Assembly (NCBI GenBank): GCA_965261395.1
Contig: OZ253462.1
Location: 1,344,001-1,408,000 of the forward strand
Source of the DNA: Candidatus Latescibacterota bacterium
Lineage (GTDB): Bacteria > Latescibacterota > UBA2968 > UBA8231
Direction: 5' to 3'
Length of the DNA stretch: 64,000 bases
The notes under the pieces were generated by a model, which saw nothing but the letters and a program-made list of their open reading frames with translations, made no database searches and was not told the origin of the DNA. Positions 1 through 13,965 of the stretch are shown here, one piece after another (position 1 is the first letter of the stretch; each line of letters begins with the position of its first letter). Position numbers and translations under genes: made by a program.

Positions 1-74
1 GGCATGGTCTTAGGTGAATGCGCGGATAAACGATCTATTAAATATATAAGATAGGTAAAAGGCCGCCGACCGCC

Positions 75-724
75 CTAGCCCACCAATTCGGCTGTACCCC
101 AAGTGCTCGGATCGCGTTCAACGCCCATGTCCGAGATCAACGACCAAGACTGGGTGCCGTGCTGCGAGTCGTGCAATAGGTACGCAAACCCCACCCGGCT
201 GAACTCCCTCGGCGCAAAACCATTGAGGCCCGCGGCCGGTAGTTTGATCTCTAACTGATAGCTCCGCTTGAGCCGGCGCAAGCCGGTCTTAATCGAGTCT
301 TCCGGGCAGGGCGGTGCCTGTTCGCGGGCGTCTTCAATGGAAGTCTGGCGGGCGATGGGTTGCTTGCCGTCCTTGCCGCTGCCGCCGGGCAAGACGTAAA
401 AGCGGTGGCAGAAGCGGTTGGCGCGGTGCTCCTTGACGTCGCGGGTGTCGATGAACAGTTCGAGGCTGTCGCCGGCAGCAGGTTGCAGCGGGTTGAGTTT
501 GTAGGTCGTCTTGCTCTTGACCTCGCAGGCAAAGTACAGGCCGCTGTCGTCGTAGGCCATATAGACCGAGGCAAAGGGCTGTTGGCCATCGACGGCCATC
601 AGGTCGGGCACGCGCTCTGTGTCGTCCCAATCGCGTAAGTTGCCGTCGATCTTGGGCGGCTTCTGCCGCCGCGGGCAGCGAAAGGAAAACTCGAAAAAGG
701 CGCGTTGGGGCAGGTACAACTCGC

Positions 725-728
<4 letters not shown>
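75..728 (-). CDS. CBM9/DOMON-like sugar-binding domain protein (217 aa)
   Basis: Likely start MSELYLP at 728 overlaps the uvrA stop (ATGA). Motifs 'PKIDGNLRDW', 'VYMAYDDSGLYFACEV', 'DSLELFIDT', 'YQLEIKLP' and 'PSTWGTAEL' are typical of CBM9-like DOMON folds. Confidence 0.7.
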
Positions 729-6394
<5,666 letters not shown>

Positions 6395-6439
6395 GACTCC
6401 ATGTAGCGCGGCAAAGGGAGGGGAACGAAAGCAGAGAAT

Positions 6440-6483
6440 ATACTATACGGATGTGCAGCGGGCAAGCGGGGGAGTGCAGAATG
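6440..6483 (-). promoter_or_regulatory. uvrA upstream/promoter segment (copy 1)
   Basis: Minus-strand TTGCCC-N17-TATATT. The 44-bp block is repeated at 9036-9079 with 2 mismatches. Confidence 0.55.
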
Positions 6484-6496
6484 AAGCGTGGGGGTT

Positions 6497-7735
6497 TTAG
6501 CGATGCGTTGAGGGAGCAGGACGTCGCTTGCGAATTTCCGTCCTTTCGCCGAATCCTGTGAGCAGGCCCTGTTCCCATAGATAGCCGGCTTTATCTCCGG
6601 CCTCCATTTGGCCTCTGCTTAGTGGGTCTGCGGCGAAGGGGGCAATGACCGATGTGCCGTCGATTTTCTCTATGTAGTACAGGTTTTCTAGCGGTATGGC
6701 GTTTAAAAACTGCGGCGAGTGCGTGAAGACGAACACCTGTCCGCCTCTATGGGCGTACTCTGCAAATTCTTCTGCAAGCAAATTCATCAGTAGTGGATAT
6801 AGATAGTTTTCAGGCTCTTCGACACAGAGAATTTTGTGTGGTTTAGGCTCGTGCAACAGCAACATGTAAGCGAACATTTTGATGGTGCCATCGGAGACAT
6901 TGAAGTCCAAAAAAGGTTCTATGAACGAGCCGTCAGCATAGCGGATTAGCAGGCTCCCGTCGTCGCCGATTTTGGCTTCAATATTCGAGACGCCCGGTAC
7001 CCTGTCGCGCATTTTTTGTAGGACTGTCGCAAAAATATCCGGATGTTCCTCTTTTAACTGGAAAGCGACGGAAGGTAGGTTATCCCCCGAACTGGAGAGA
7101 TGAAGGCCCTCTTGATGGCTCTTCTTACCGCGTGCTTGGCTAATGTGAAAGTCCGAAATATGCCAGTTTTCTATTAAGTCGCGGAATGCTTTCGCCGCCT
7201 TGAAACGCTCCAGTTGCCCGAGGCTGCTAATCGCCAATACGTCAGGGGCAACCGCTTGTTCTTCCCGCGTGAGTTCGGCGTCGGGTTTGCTAAAATCTTC
7301 TTCGTTGCTGACGGCTTCGCCTCGGCCTGCGGAGAAGTCGAGAAAGTGAAAAGGCTTGCCATAAGAGGATCGTTTATAGCGCAGTATTTCGCGGCGCACG
7401 AGCGGTTTTCCATCCTGTAAGCCTATTTCCAAGCGGTAGGTTACAAGGCGCTCTTTTTCTGCTATCGTCAAGCGAAACTTAAGTTCGATGATGATGCTTT
7501 CCGTGGCGTCCACATTGCGCGTAATAACTTCCCTGAACCCTCTGAAGCCACCTTCGTTTTGCAACGCGATGCGGACATTGTCAGACAAACAGTTTTTCAG
7601 GAACGCAAAGACGCGAAACAAGGTGGTTTTGCCGGTTCCGTTTTTGCCGATAAACACTGCTAGTGCAGGCAGGTTTTTCAGATGAATGTCTTTTAACGCC
7701 TTAAAGTTTTGGATGCGAATTTCTTTGATGATCAC
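6497..7735 (-). CDS. ABC-type AAA ATPase (AAA_21/AAA_15, defence-associated type)
   Basis: 'IRIQNFKAL', Walker A GKNGTGKT, signature 'VSDGT', Walker B 'LCVEEPEN', H-loop 'FTHSP'. GTG start at 7735 follows a GGGAG RBS. Lower GC than flanks. Confidence 0.85.
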   Translation of the reverse strand: MIIKEIRIQNFKALKDIHLKNLPALAVFIGKNGTGKTTLFRVFAFLKNCLSDNVRIALQNEGGFRGFREVITRNVDATESIIIELKFRLTIAEKERLVTYRLEIGLQDGKPLVRREILRYKRSSYGKPFHFLDFSAGRGEAVSNEEDFSKPDAELTREEQAVAPDVLAISSLGQLERFKAAKAFRDLIENWHISDFHISQARGKKSHQEGLHLSSSGDNLPSVAFQLKEEHPDIFATVLQKMRDRVPGVSNIEAKIGDDGSLLIRYADGSFIEPFLDFNVSDGTIKMFAYMLLLHEPKPHKILCVEEPENYLYPLLMNLLAEEFAEYAHRGGQVFVFTHSPQFLNAIPLENLYYIEKIDGTSVIAPFAADPLSRGQMEAGDKAGYLWEQGLLTGFGERTEIRKRRPAPSTHR

Positions 7736-7764
7736 GGCAATGCTCCCGTTAGATTTAGTACGTT

Positions 7765-8580
7765 CTAATCGTCGTCCGAGTCGTCGATCGAGAAGTGTGT
7801 CTTGAGGCCGAGGAGTTCGGTGGTCGAGTCGAGGAGCTTCAGATGGGTGAGGAACCATTCTTGCCCGGCACCGCGTTCTGAGTTTCTGAGGTGACCAGAG
7901 TCATTCAAACGGCGATGAATTTTCCTTTCAACTTCCGCTATGTCTATGCCGTTTGAGCCGACGTATATCCGCAGCAAGATGGGCGGTTCGGGAAGTGCTG
8001 TGCTTCCTCGCTGCTGCCGGAACCGCTTAATGGCGTTTTTTTCGGACATGCCCACTTTTAAGTACGTCCGGTCGTCTGTTTCGTCGTTTTCGGAAGTCTC
8101 GACTGGATAGCGGAGATAGTGCGGCAGCGCGTACACGTATATTCCCGGCACCGCCTCTTTTTCAGCGGCACTCGTTTGGCGCTCGAGTTTTTGTTCTTCC
8201 TCTGCCCGTTTTGCTGGATCCTTCGCACGACGATCGCACTCGGCTACCCGCTTCTCAATCTCCATGATAGTTGCAGGGGAAAGGTGCTCTTGGTGGCGTT
8301 CTACAAAACCTCGCAGCTCCTGAGCGTAACGTTGAAGTCGAGATAGAGGCAGAATCTCCACCCTAAAGGTATCTACAATTGCTTTTATATAGCGCCGAGT
8401 GCCGTAGACAACTCCCGTTGTCTTAACGTTCAGCTCCTTCTTGATCTCTTCTTCACTCACTCCCTTCTGACTAAGCCGCCATACCACACCGAGCCTCGTT
8501 TCGTCCTCACTAAGCGCCCTCTCGACTTCCTCCCGATACGTATCGCTTCCAGACTCTGGCTGTGTCAATTCATTGGCCAT
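7765..8580 (-). CDS. GIY-YIG/T5orf172-like nuclease domain protein with N-terminal helical region
   Basis: C-terminal 'GIYVYA...YLKVGMS...R.RQQ...E.KIHRRL...GQEWF' pattern. ATG at 8580 follows GAAGGGA. Confidence 0.75.
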   Translation of the reverse strand: MANELTQPESGSDTYREEVERALSEDETRLGVVWRLSQKGVSEEEIKKELNVKTTGVVYGTRRYIKAIVDTFRVEILPLSRLQRYAQELRGFVERHQEHLSPATIMEIEKRVAECDRRAKDPAKRAEEEQKLERQTSAAEKEAVPGIYVYALPHYLRYPVETSENDETDDRTYLKVGMSEKNAIKRFRQQRGSTALPEPPILLRIYVGSNGIDIAEVERKIHRRLNDSGHLRNSERGAGQEWFLTHLKLLDSTTELLGLKTHFSIDDSDDD

Positions 8581-8666
8581 GAATCCCTTCTTTATCCTTT
8601 TAATTTTCGGCCTCTTCGCCTCGTAATATAGGCGCACAAGAGCAGTCCGGCCAATTGTGCGGTCGC

Positions 8667-8796
8667 TTGAGGCTCCCTTTTCGTCTGCGTATAATGACCG
8701 CTCGGTAATTCAGTAAAATCAATTGTTTATCACTCAAGAGGAGTTGCGAAAATGATTCAATTAGGGGCCAATTCGGTGCTCTTTGCAGGATTCGAT
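8667..8796 (+). repeat. Duplicated promoter, RBS and first 15 codons of the 9899 isomerase gene
   Basis: Near-identical to 9815-9943. TTGAGG-N17-TATAAT, AGAGGAG RBS, MIQLGANSVLFAGFD versus MIHLGANSVLFAGFD. Confidence 0.9.
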
Positions 8797-8801
8797 ATAG
8801 A

Positions 8802-9037
8802 GTTGGCTCCTGATAGGAGATGCCGCAGGCCGTGCAGTCGAAGCGGTTGCTGAGCAGGAAGTCGGAGGCTCCTTCGCGGGCGACGATAAAAATCCCCTGC
8901 CCGAGGCGTAGCGCGTTGTCAACGGCCTCTGCCAAGCGGCGGTCTTCCCGCTTGCGGAGAATCAAGCGATCAACCACGACTTCAATGTTATGGCCGCTGT
9001 ATCGGTCGAGCTGAGGGGCGCTGTCGAGGGTGAAAAT
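8802..9037 (-). pseudogene. Internal uvrA fragment (diverged copy of 5607-5842)
   Basis: About 90% nt identity by hand alignment (about 23 mismatches in 236 bp). Encodes IFTLDSAPQLDRY...CTACGISYQEPT. Confidence 0.92.
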
Positions 9038-9079
9038 ACTATACGGATGTGCAGCGGGCAAGCGGTGGCGTGCAGAATG
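9036..9079 (-). repeat. uvrA upstream/promoter segment (copy 2)
   Basis: 42/44 identical to 6440-6483. Confidence 0.9.
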
Positions 9080-9145
9080 GGAAGACCCCTTCCAGTTCTA
9101 GCAGGATTTGTTGATCGATTATAATCTACAACTTATATTTCAAGG

Positions 9146-9478
9146 ATGGAAATCCTCTACTATACCACTGCTTCAGGCAATTCGCCGGTCAAGAAATTTG
9201 TCGAGGGATTATCTCAAAGCCTACAGGAGGATTTCCTCCTGGCACTCGATCGGTTGAGGCAGGGGGAAAGCTTGGAGATGCCGTTGAGCAAGCCGCTGTT
9301 CAATATTGCTCTCGGTTTACACGAACTGCGCTTCAAAGAACGGCGCAGTATCTATCGAGTTTTTTATTTTATCAAGCGCGGAGATGCAATTTATCTGGTT
9401 CATGCGCTCCCCAAAAAGACCGAAACCATTCCCGATAAGGATAGACGGCTGATTCTCAGAAGACTGAAGGAGATTTGA
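9146..9478 (+). CDS. Type II TA toxin, RelE/ParE (Gp49/HigB-like) family
   Basis: 'YYTTASGNSPVKKF...GLHELR...YRVFYF...LVHALPKKTETIP' pattern; toxin-first order. Confidence 0.85.
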   Translation: MEILYYTTASGNSPVKKFVEGLSQSLQEDFLLALDRLRQGESLEMPLSKPLFNIALGLHELRFKERRSIYRVFYFIKRGDAIYLVHALPKKTETIPDKDRRLILRRLKEI

Positions 9479-9783
9479 AAATGCCTTGGGAAAAGGTAAA
9501 CATTGAGCAATGGGCAGAGGAACTCGGCGTCAATATTAACGAACTACGCCAGAAAGAACAGCTCATCGAAAAGATCGTGAAGAGTAGAAAGCGATTTGGC
9601 TTGACGCAAGGCCAATTGGCCGAGATGGTCGGCGTCTCCCAACCGCGCATTGCCCAGATTGAAAATAGAACCAAGATCGGAAAAATTAGCTTCGATGTAC
9701 TTTTCAATATCCTCGGTGTCTTGGGGCATGATTTTAAAATCACTACACGTAAGGTGCGCGATCTCGAGAATGTAAATACGTAG
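9475..9783 (+). CDS. XRE-family HTH antitoxin
   Basis: 'GLTQGQLAEMVGVSQPRIAQIEN' HTH; overlaps the toxin stop. Confidence 0.85.
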   Translation: MKMPWEKVNIEQWAEELGVNINELRQKEQLIEKIVKSRKRFGLTQGQLAEMVGVSQPRIAQIENRTKIGKISFDVLFNILGVLGHDFKITTRKVRDLENVNT

Positions 9784-9814
9784 CGGTATACCCAGACCAA
9801 CAGCGTCTGGCCGA

Positions 9815-9843
9815 TTGACGCCCCTTTTTCGTCTGCGTATAAT
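9815..9843 (+). promoter_or_regulatory. Sigma70-type promoter
   Basis: TTGACG-N17-TATAAT upstream of the 9899 operon. Confidence 0.75.
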
Positions 9844-9898
9844 GATCCCTCGGTAATCCAGTAAAATCAAGTGCTTATCACCCAAGAGGAGTTGTAAA

Positions 9899-10699
9899 AT
9901 GATTCATTTAGGAGCCAATTCGGTGCTCTTTGCAGGATTCGATTTGGAAACGGCGATGCGCCATATCCACCTCGCCGGATACGACGGCGTCGAGCTGGCG
10001 GCGATCAGGGGCATGTGCGAGCACTTGGAGTTGGACAACTGGCAGGCGCAGGCCAACCAGATCAAAGAGCTGGCGGAAAAATACGAGCTAAAATTGCTGG
10101 CGATGGAGGAAGCTGCGCTCGACGAAGAGCGGCTGATGCTGGCGTTTGCGGCTGGCGCTGAGATTAGCATTCCCGTCATCAACGTCGGCCCGGGGGGCAA
10201 AAGCGATGTGGAAGAAGATTTCGAGCGGCAGGTCGCGCTGTTGGCCAAAATGGCCGATAGGGCGCATGAACACGGCGTGACGCTGTGCGCTAAGGCGCAC
10301 GTGGGGCAGTGCATTTACGATACGCCGACCACGTTGCGGGCGATGGAGCGGATCGACTCGCCGGGGTTTGGGGTGGATATGGATCCGAGCCACATCCATC
10401 GGGCGGGGGAGAATACGGTAGAGGCGCTGGCGGCGGTTATTTCGCGAGTCAAGCACGTTCACATAAGGGATTGCGCTGTGGCAGAAGGCGGGCCGGGCGC
10501 GCCGGAGTTGCAGGCGTGCGGGCGGGGCAACATCGATTTGTTCGGGTACGTCAAGGTGCTGCACGAAGCTGGACTAGATGTGGCGGCTAACTTGGAAGTG
10601 ATTGGTGCCAAGGAATACGACTTGGGGCAGGTGGCGACGATTGCGGCGGAGAGCCGGGGATATTTGAACGCCTGCTTGCGGGCTTGCGGTGCCCGTTAG
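9899..10699 (+). CDS. Sugar phosphate isomerase/epimerase (xylose isomerase-like TIM barrel)
   Basis: 'GYDGVEL', 'DMDPSH', 'HVHIRD', 'G.G.ID', 'NLEV'; GAGGAG RBS. Confidence 0.85.
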   Translation: MIHLGANSVLFAGFDLETAMRHIHLAGYDGVELAAIRGMCEHLELDNWQAQANQIKELAEKYELKLLAMEEAALDEERLMLAFAAGAEISIPVINVGPGGKSDVEEDFERQVALLAKMADRAHEHGVTLCAKAHVGQCIYDTPTTLRAMERIDSPGFGVDMDPSHIHRAGENTVEALAAVISRVKHVHIRDCAVAEGGPGAPELQACGRGNIDLFGYVKVLHEAGLDVAANLEVIGAKEYDLGQVATIAAESRGYLNACLRACGAR

Positions 10700-11240
10700 T
10701 CGAGCCTTTGTCGGTATCCGGGTACCGGCAGTGCTGGGAAAGCTGAGCGACGCGATGCGACCGTTGTGGCCGGCGCAGGGTGTGAGTTGGGTATCGCCGG
10801 AGAACCTCCATCTGACGCTGCGCTTTCTCGGCGCGGCTGAGGACGGACAAATCGCCGCGCTGAGACAGGGGCTGACGGCGGTTGCCGCCCGGCACGAGGG
10901 GTTTGTCGCGACTACAGGGCAAAGCGGCTGTTTTCCCAATCGCCGCCGGCCGAAGGTTATTTGGGCTGGAGTGGCGGATGCGGACGGACGGTTGGGCGCG
11001 TTGCAACGGGATGTTGAAGAAGTGGTGTGCGCTGCTGGTTGGGAGCCGGAGGAACGGGCCTTCCGCTCGCACGTGACGCTGGGTCGGGTGCGAGCAGAGG
11101 TGCGCCCGCCACGCAGCAAGTGGGGCGGCGATCTGCCACCGTTGCAGGTTCCGGTGGAGGCGGTGGAGCTGATCGAAAGTGTGCTCAAGCCGACCGGAGC
11201 CGAGTATCGAACATTGCACCGAGCGGAACTCTCATTGTAA
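10689..11240 (+). CDS. thpR: RNA 2',3'-cyclic phosphodiesterase (2H family)
   Basis: Two HxT motifs (NLHLTLRFLG, FRSHVTLGR), 'FPNRRRPKVIWAG', 'SVLKPTGAEY'. Confidence 0.9.
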   Translation: MPVSRAFVGIRVPAVLGKLSDAMRPLWPAQGVSWVSPENLHLTLRFLGAAEDGQIAALRQGLTAVAARHEGFVATTGQSGCFPNRRRPKVIWAGVADADGRLGALQRDVEEVVCAAGWEPEERAFRSHVTLGRVRAEVRPPRSKWGGDLPPLQVPVEAVELIESVLKPTGAEYRTLHRAELSL

Positions 11241-11251
11241 AGGAACTTTAT

Positions 11252-12013
11252 ATGCCCGGCCGACCCTACATCCTCGCCGAGACCAATTGGCAGACCGTAG
11301 AGCACACCCCGTACGAGGTGGCGATCCTGCCGTGGGGGGCGACGGAAGCCCACAATTACCACCTGCCCTACTCGACCGACGTGGTGCAGTGCGATGAAAT
11401 CGTCGCGGCTGCGGCTCGCATCGCCTGGGAGCAGGACGCCAAGGTCATCGTCTTGCCGACCGTGCCCTTTGGCGTCAACACCGGCCAGTTCGACATCAAG
11501 CTGGACCTCAATCTCAATCCCTCGACCCAACTCGCCGTCTTGCAAGACTTGGTCGAGGTGCTCGCCCATCAGGGCATTCCCAAACTGCTCATTGTGAACG
11601 GTCACGGCGGCAACGACTTCAAGCAGATGGTGCGGGAGCTTTTGCCGCGCTATGCGATATTTATTTGCTGCATGGATTGGTTTAGGATCGCCGATCAGGA
11701 ACTTTTCGCGGCTGGCGGCGACCACGCCAACGAGATGGAAACCAGCCTCATGCAATACTTGCGGCCGGATTGGGTACTGCCCCTGTCGGAGGCGGGCAGC
11801 GGCCACGAGCACAAGTTTAAGATTGCCGCGCTGCGGGAAGGCTGGGTTTGGACCCAGCGCGATTGGACGCAGGCGACCGACGACACAGGCATCGGCGACC
11901 CGCGCCAAGCCACCCCGGAAAAGGGCCGCCGCTGTTTGGAACAAGTGGCAGCCCAACTCGCCGGATTTTTGGTCGAATTGGCCACTGCTGACCTAGATGA
12001 CCTCTATGAATAA
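11252..12013 (+). CDS. Creatininase/amidohydrolase family protein
   Basis: 'PWGATEAHNYHLPYSTD', 'NGHGGN', 'DHANEMETS', 'GDPRQATPEKG'. Confidence 0.88.
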   Translation: MPGRPYILAETNWQTVEHTPYEVAILPWGATEAHNYHLPYSTDVVQCDEIVAAAARIAWEQDAKVIVLPTVPFGVNTGQFDIKLDLNLNPSTQLAVLQDLVEVLAHQGIPKLLIVNGHGGNDFKQMVRELLPRYAIFICCMDWFRIADQELFAAGGDHANEMETSLMQYLRPDWVLPLSEAGSGHEHKFKIAALREGWVWTQRDWTQATDDTGIGDPRQATPEKGRRCLEQVAAQLAGFLVELATADLDDLYE

Positions 12014-13085
12014 GGCCATGCAGTTCTACGCGTTCGTCGCCCCCGGGCTAGAGCAAATCGCCCAACGAGAAATCGCCGCGCGCTTGGGGGCCGAGCGACA
12101 GGGCCGGCAGCGCGGCGTGGTGTTCTTTGCGACGGATGCCCCGCCGCAAGACTTACTCGCCTTGGGGACGACCGAGGATGTGTTCGCGCTAGTGGCTCGT
12201 GGCCCGGTGGATGCGGGGCGCGAGGGCTTGGAAAAGGCTGGCGCACTCGTCGCGGAGTCGCCGCTTTTTGAGGAGGCCGTGGGCGCGCATCGCCGCGCTC
12301 GTCCCAAGCGGATCAAGCGCATTACCTATCGGATTGTGGCCCAGCGTCGCAGCGGGCAGCAGCGCTATGTGCGCCAAGAGATGCGCCGCGCTTTGCAGCA
12401 GGCCATCGCTTGGCGTTTCCCGAGTTGGAAGCACGTGGCTGAGCAAGCGCTGTTGGAGGTGTGGGGTTTGGAGGCTGCGGGCGAGCTGATCTGCGGAGTG
12501 CGCCTTTCCGACGGGACTATGCGCCACCGCACCTACAAGGTTGCGCAAGTGGAGGCTTCGCTGCGGCCGACGGTGGCGCGGGCCTTAGTGATGCTATCCG
12601 AGCCGGAGGATGGCGACGTTTTTCTCGACCCCATGTGCGGGGCTGGGACCATTCTCATTGAGCGGGGGCTGCACGGCCGCTACGCCCAGCTTTTGGGCGG
12701 CGACATTCGCCCGGACGCTGTGGCTGCCGCCCGCACGAATATTGGCCCGCGCTACAAGCCGATTGCCATTCGCGAATGGGATGTGCGGGATTTGCCCTTG
12801 GGCGACGGCAGCGTAGATCGGGTGGTGTGCAACTTGCCATTTGGCAAAAAGATCGGCGGGTCGCAAGCGCTGCGCCCGCTCTACAAGGGCTTTGCTAGCG
12901 AGGTAGCAAGAGTGCTAAAGGCTGGTGGAGTGGCCGTGTGCCTGACTAGCGAGCGCGCCTTGCTGGCCGAAGCATTCGGCGCATGGCCGGGGCTGTACAT
13001 GGAGCGCGTGTTCCCGGTCGAAGTGCTGGGGCAACAGGCGTTTTGCTGTAAACTGTGTAAACTGAATAAACGCGCTGATCGTTAG
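12006..13085 (+). CDS. THUMP-domain RNA methyltransferase (UPF0020/Trm14-like)
   Basis: 'PGLEQIA..E', 'MRHRTYK', 'ASLRPTVA', 'LDPMCGAGT', 'NLPFG'. Confidence 0.85.
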   Translation: MNKAMQFYAFVAPGLEQIAQREIAARLGAERQGRQRGVVFFATDAPPQDLLALGTTEDVFALVARGPVDAGREGLEKAGALVAESPLFEEAVGAHRRARPKRIKRITYRIVAQRRSGQQRYVRQEMRRALQQAIAWRFPSWKHVAEQALLEVWGLEAAGELICGVRLSDGTMRHRTYKVAQVEASLRPTVARALVMLSEPEDGDVFLDPMCGAGTILIERGLHGRYAQLLGGDIRPDAVAAARTNIGPRYKPIAIREWDVRDLPLGDGSVDRVVCNLPFGKKIGGSQALRPLYKGFASEVARVLKAGGVAVCLTSERALLAEAFGAWPGLYMERVFPVEVLGQQAFCCKLCKLNKRADR

Positions 13086-13127
13086 AGCGGCGCATGAGAC
13101 ATTACATCAACCATAAAGGAGATTGTC

Positions 13128-13916
13128 ATGGCTGATTTTACGGGCCAAGTAGTTATCGTAACTGGCGGTGCCAAGGGTATTGGTGGGGGGATTTCTCGGG
13201 CGTTCGCTGGCCAGGGGGCGAAGGTTGCAGCATTGGACATAGACGCGGAGGCTGGCGCGGCCTTGGCCGAGGAGGAGGGCCAGATCCGCTTTTTTGAGGC
13301 CGACGTGGCCAGCGACGAGGTCTGCGCCCAGACCGTGGGACAGATCATCGAGGATTGGGGCCGCGTTGACGTGTTGTGCAACAACGTCGGCATCCAGCCT
13401 GTGCCCAGCTATTTGCCAGCCCACGAGCTGCCGATAGAAATGTGGGATCGGATCATTGACGTCAATCTGAAAAGTTTCTTCCTGATGGCCAGGCACTGCC
13501 TGCCGCAGATGATGGAGCAGCGCAAGGGGGTCATCATCAACACGGCCAGCGTCCAGGGATTGCAGTCGGCGTCGATGGTTTCGGCTTATGCCGCGAGCAA
13601 GGGGGGGATTATTTCTCTGACGCGGCAGCTTGCGCTCGACTACGCCCGGTACGGGATTCGGGTTTTAGCGGTCAACCCAGGGGGTATTCAGACGCCGTTG
13701 GTCGATGAGGTGATTGAGGCATTCGGCCACGAGCGCGAGCAATTCTTCAAGGATTACGCCAAGATCCATCCGATCGGCCGATACGGGCAGCCGGAGGACA
13801 TTGCCAATGCCGTGCTGTTCTTAGCTAGCGACAAGGCATCGTTTATGACTGGCGAGAATGTCTGCGTCGATGGGGGGCTGATGGCTAAGGGGGCGTGGGC
13901 TGAGGTTGAGGAGTGA
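13128..13916 (+). CDS. SDR family oxidoreductase
   Basis: TGGAKGIG, NNVG, YAASK. Confidence 0.93.
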   Translation: MADFTGQVVIVTGGAKGIGGGISRAFAGQGAKVAALDIDAEAGAALAEEEGQIRFFEADVASDEVCAQTVGQIIEDWGRVDVLCNNVGIQPVPSYLPAHELPIEMWDRIIDVNLKSFFLMARHCLPQMMEQRKGVIINTASVQGLQSASMVSAYAASKGGIISLTRQLALDYARYGIRVLAVNPGGIQTPLVDEVIEAFGHEREQFFKDYAKIHPIGRYGQPEDIANAVLFLASDKASFMTGENVCVDGGLMAKGAWAEVEE

Positions 13917-13965
13917 GAAGGTCGGGATTGTCGCCGAAGTAGTTTAGTCAAGAAGAAATAGATAT

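Noticed and set aside
8600-9061. 153-aa ORF with UvrA similarity
   Set aside because: Chimera of a promoter copy, a uvrA fragment and antisense isomerase sequence; not a real gene.
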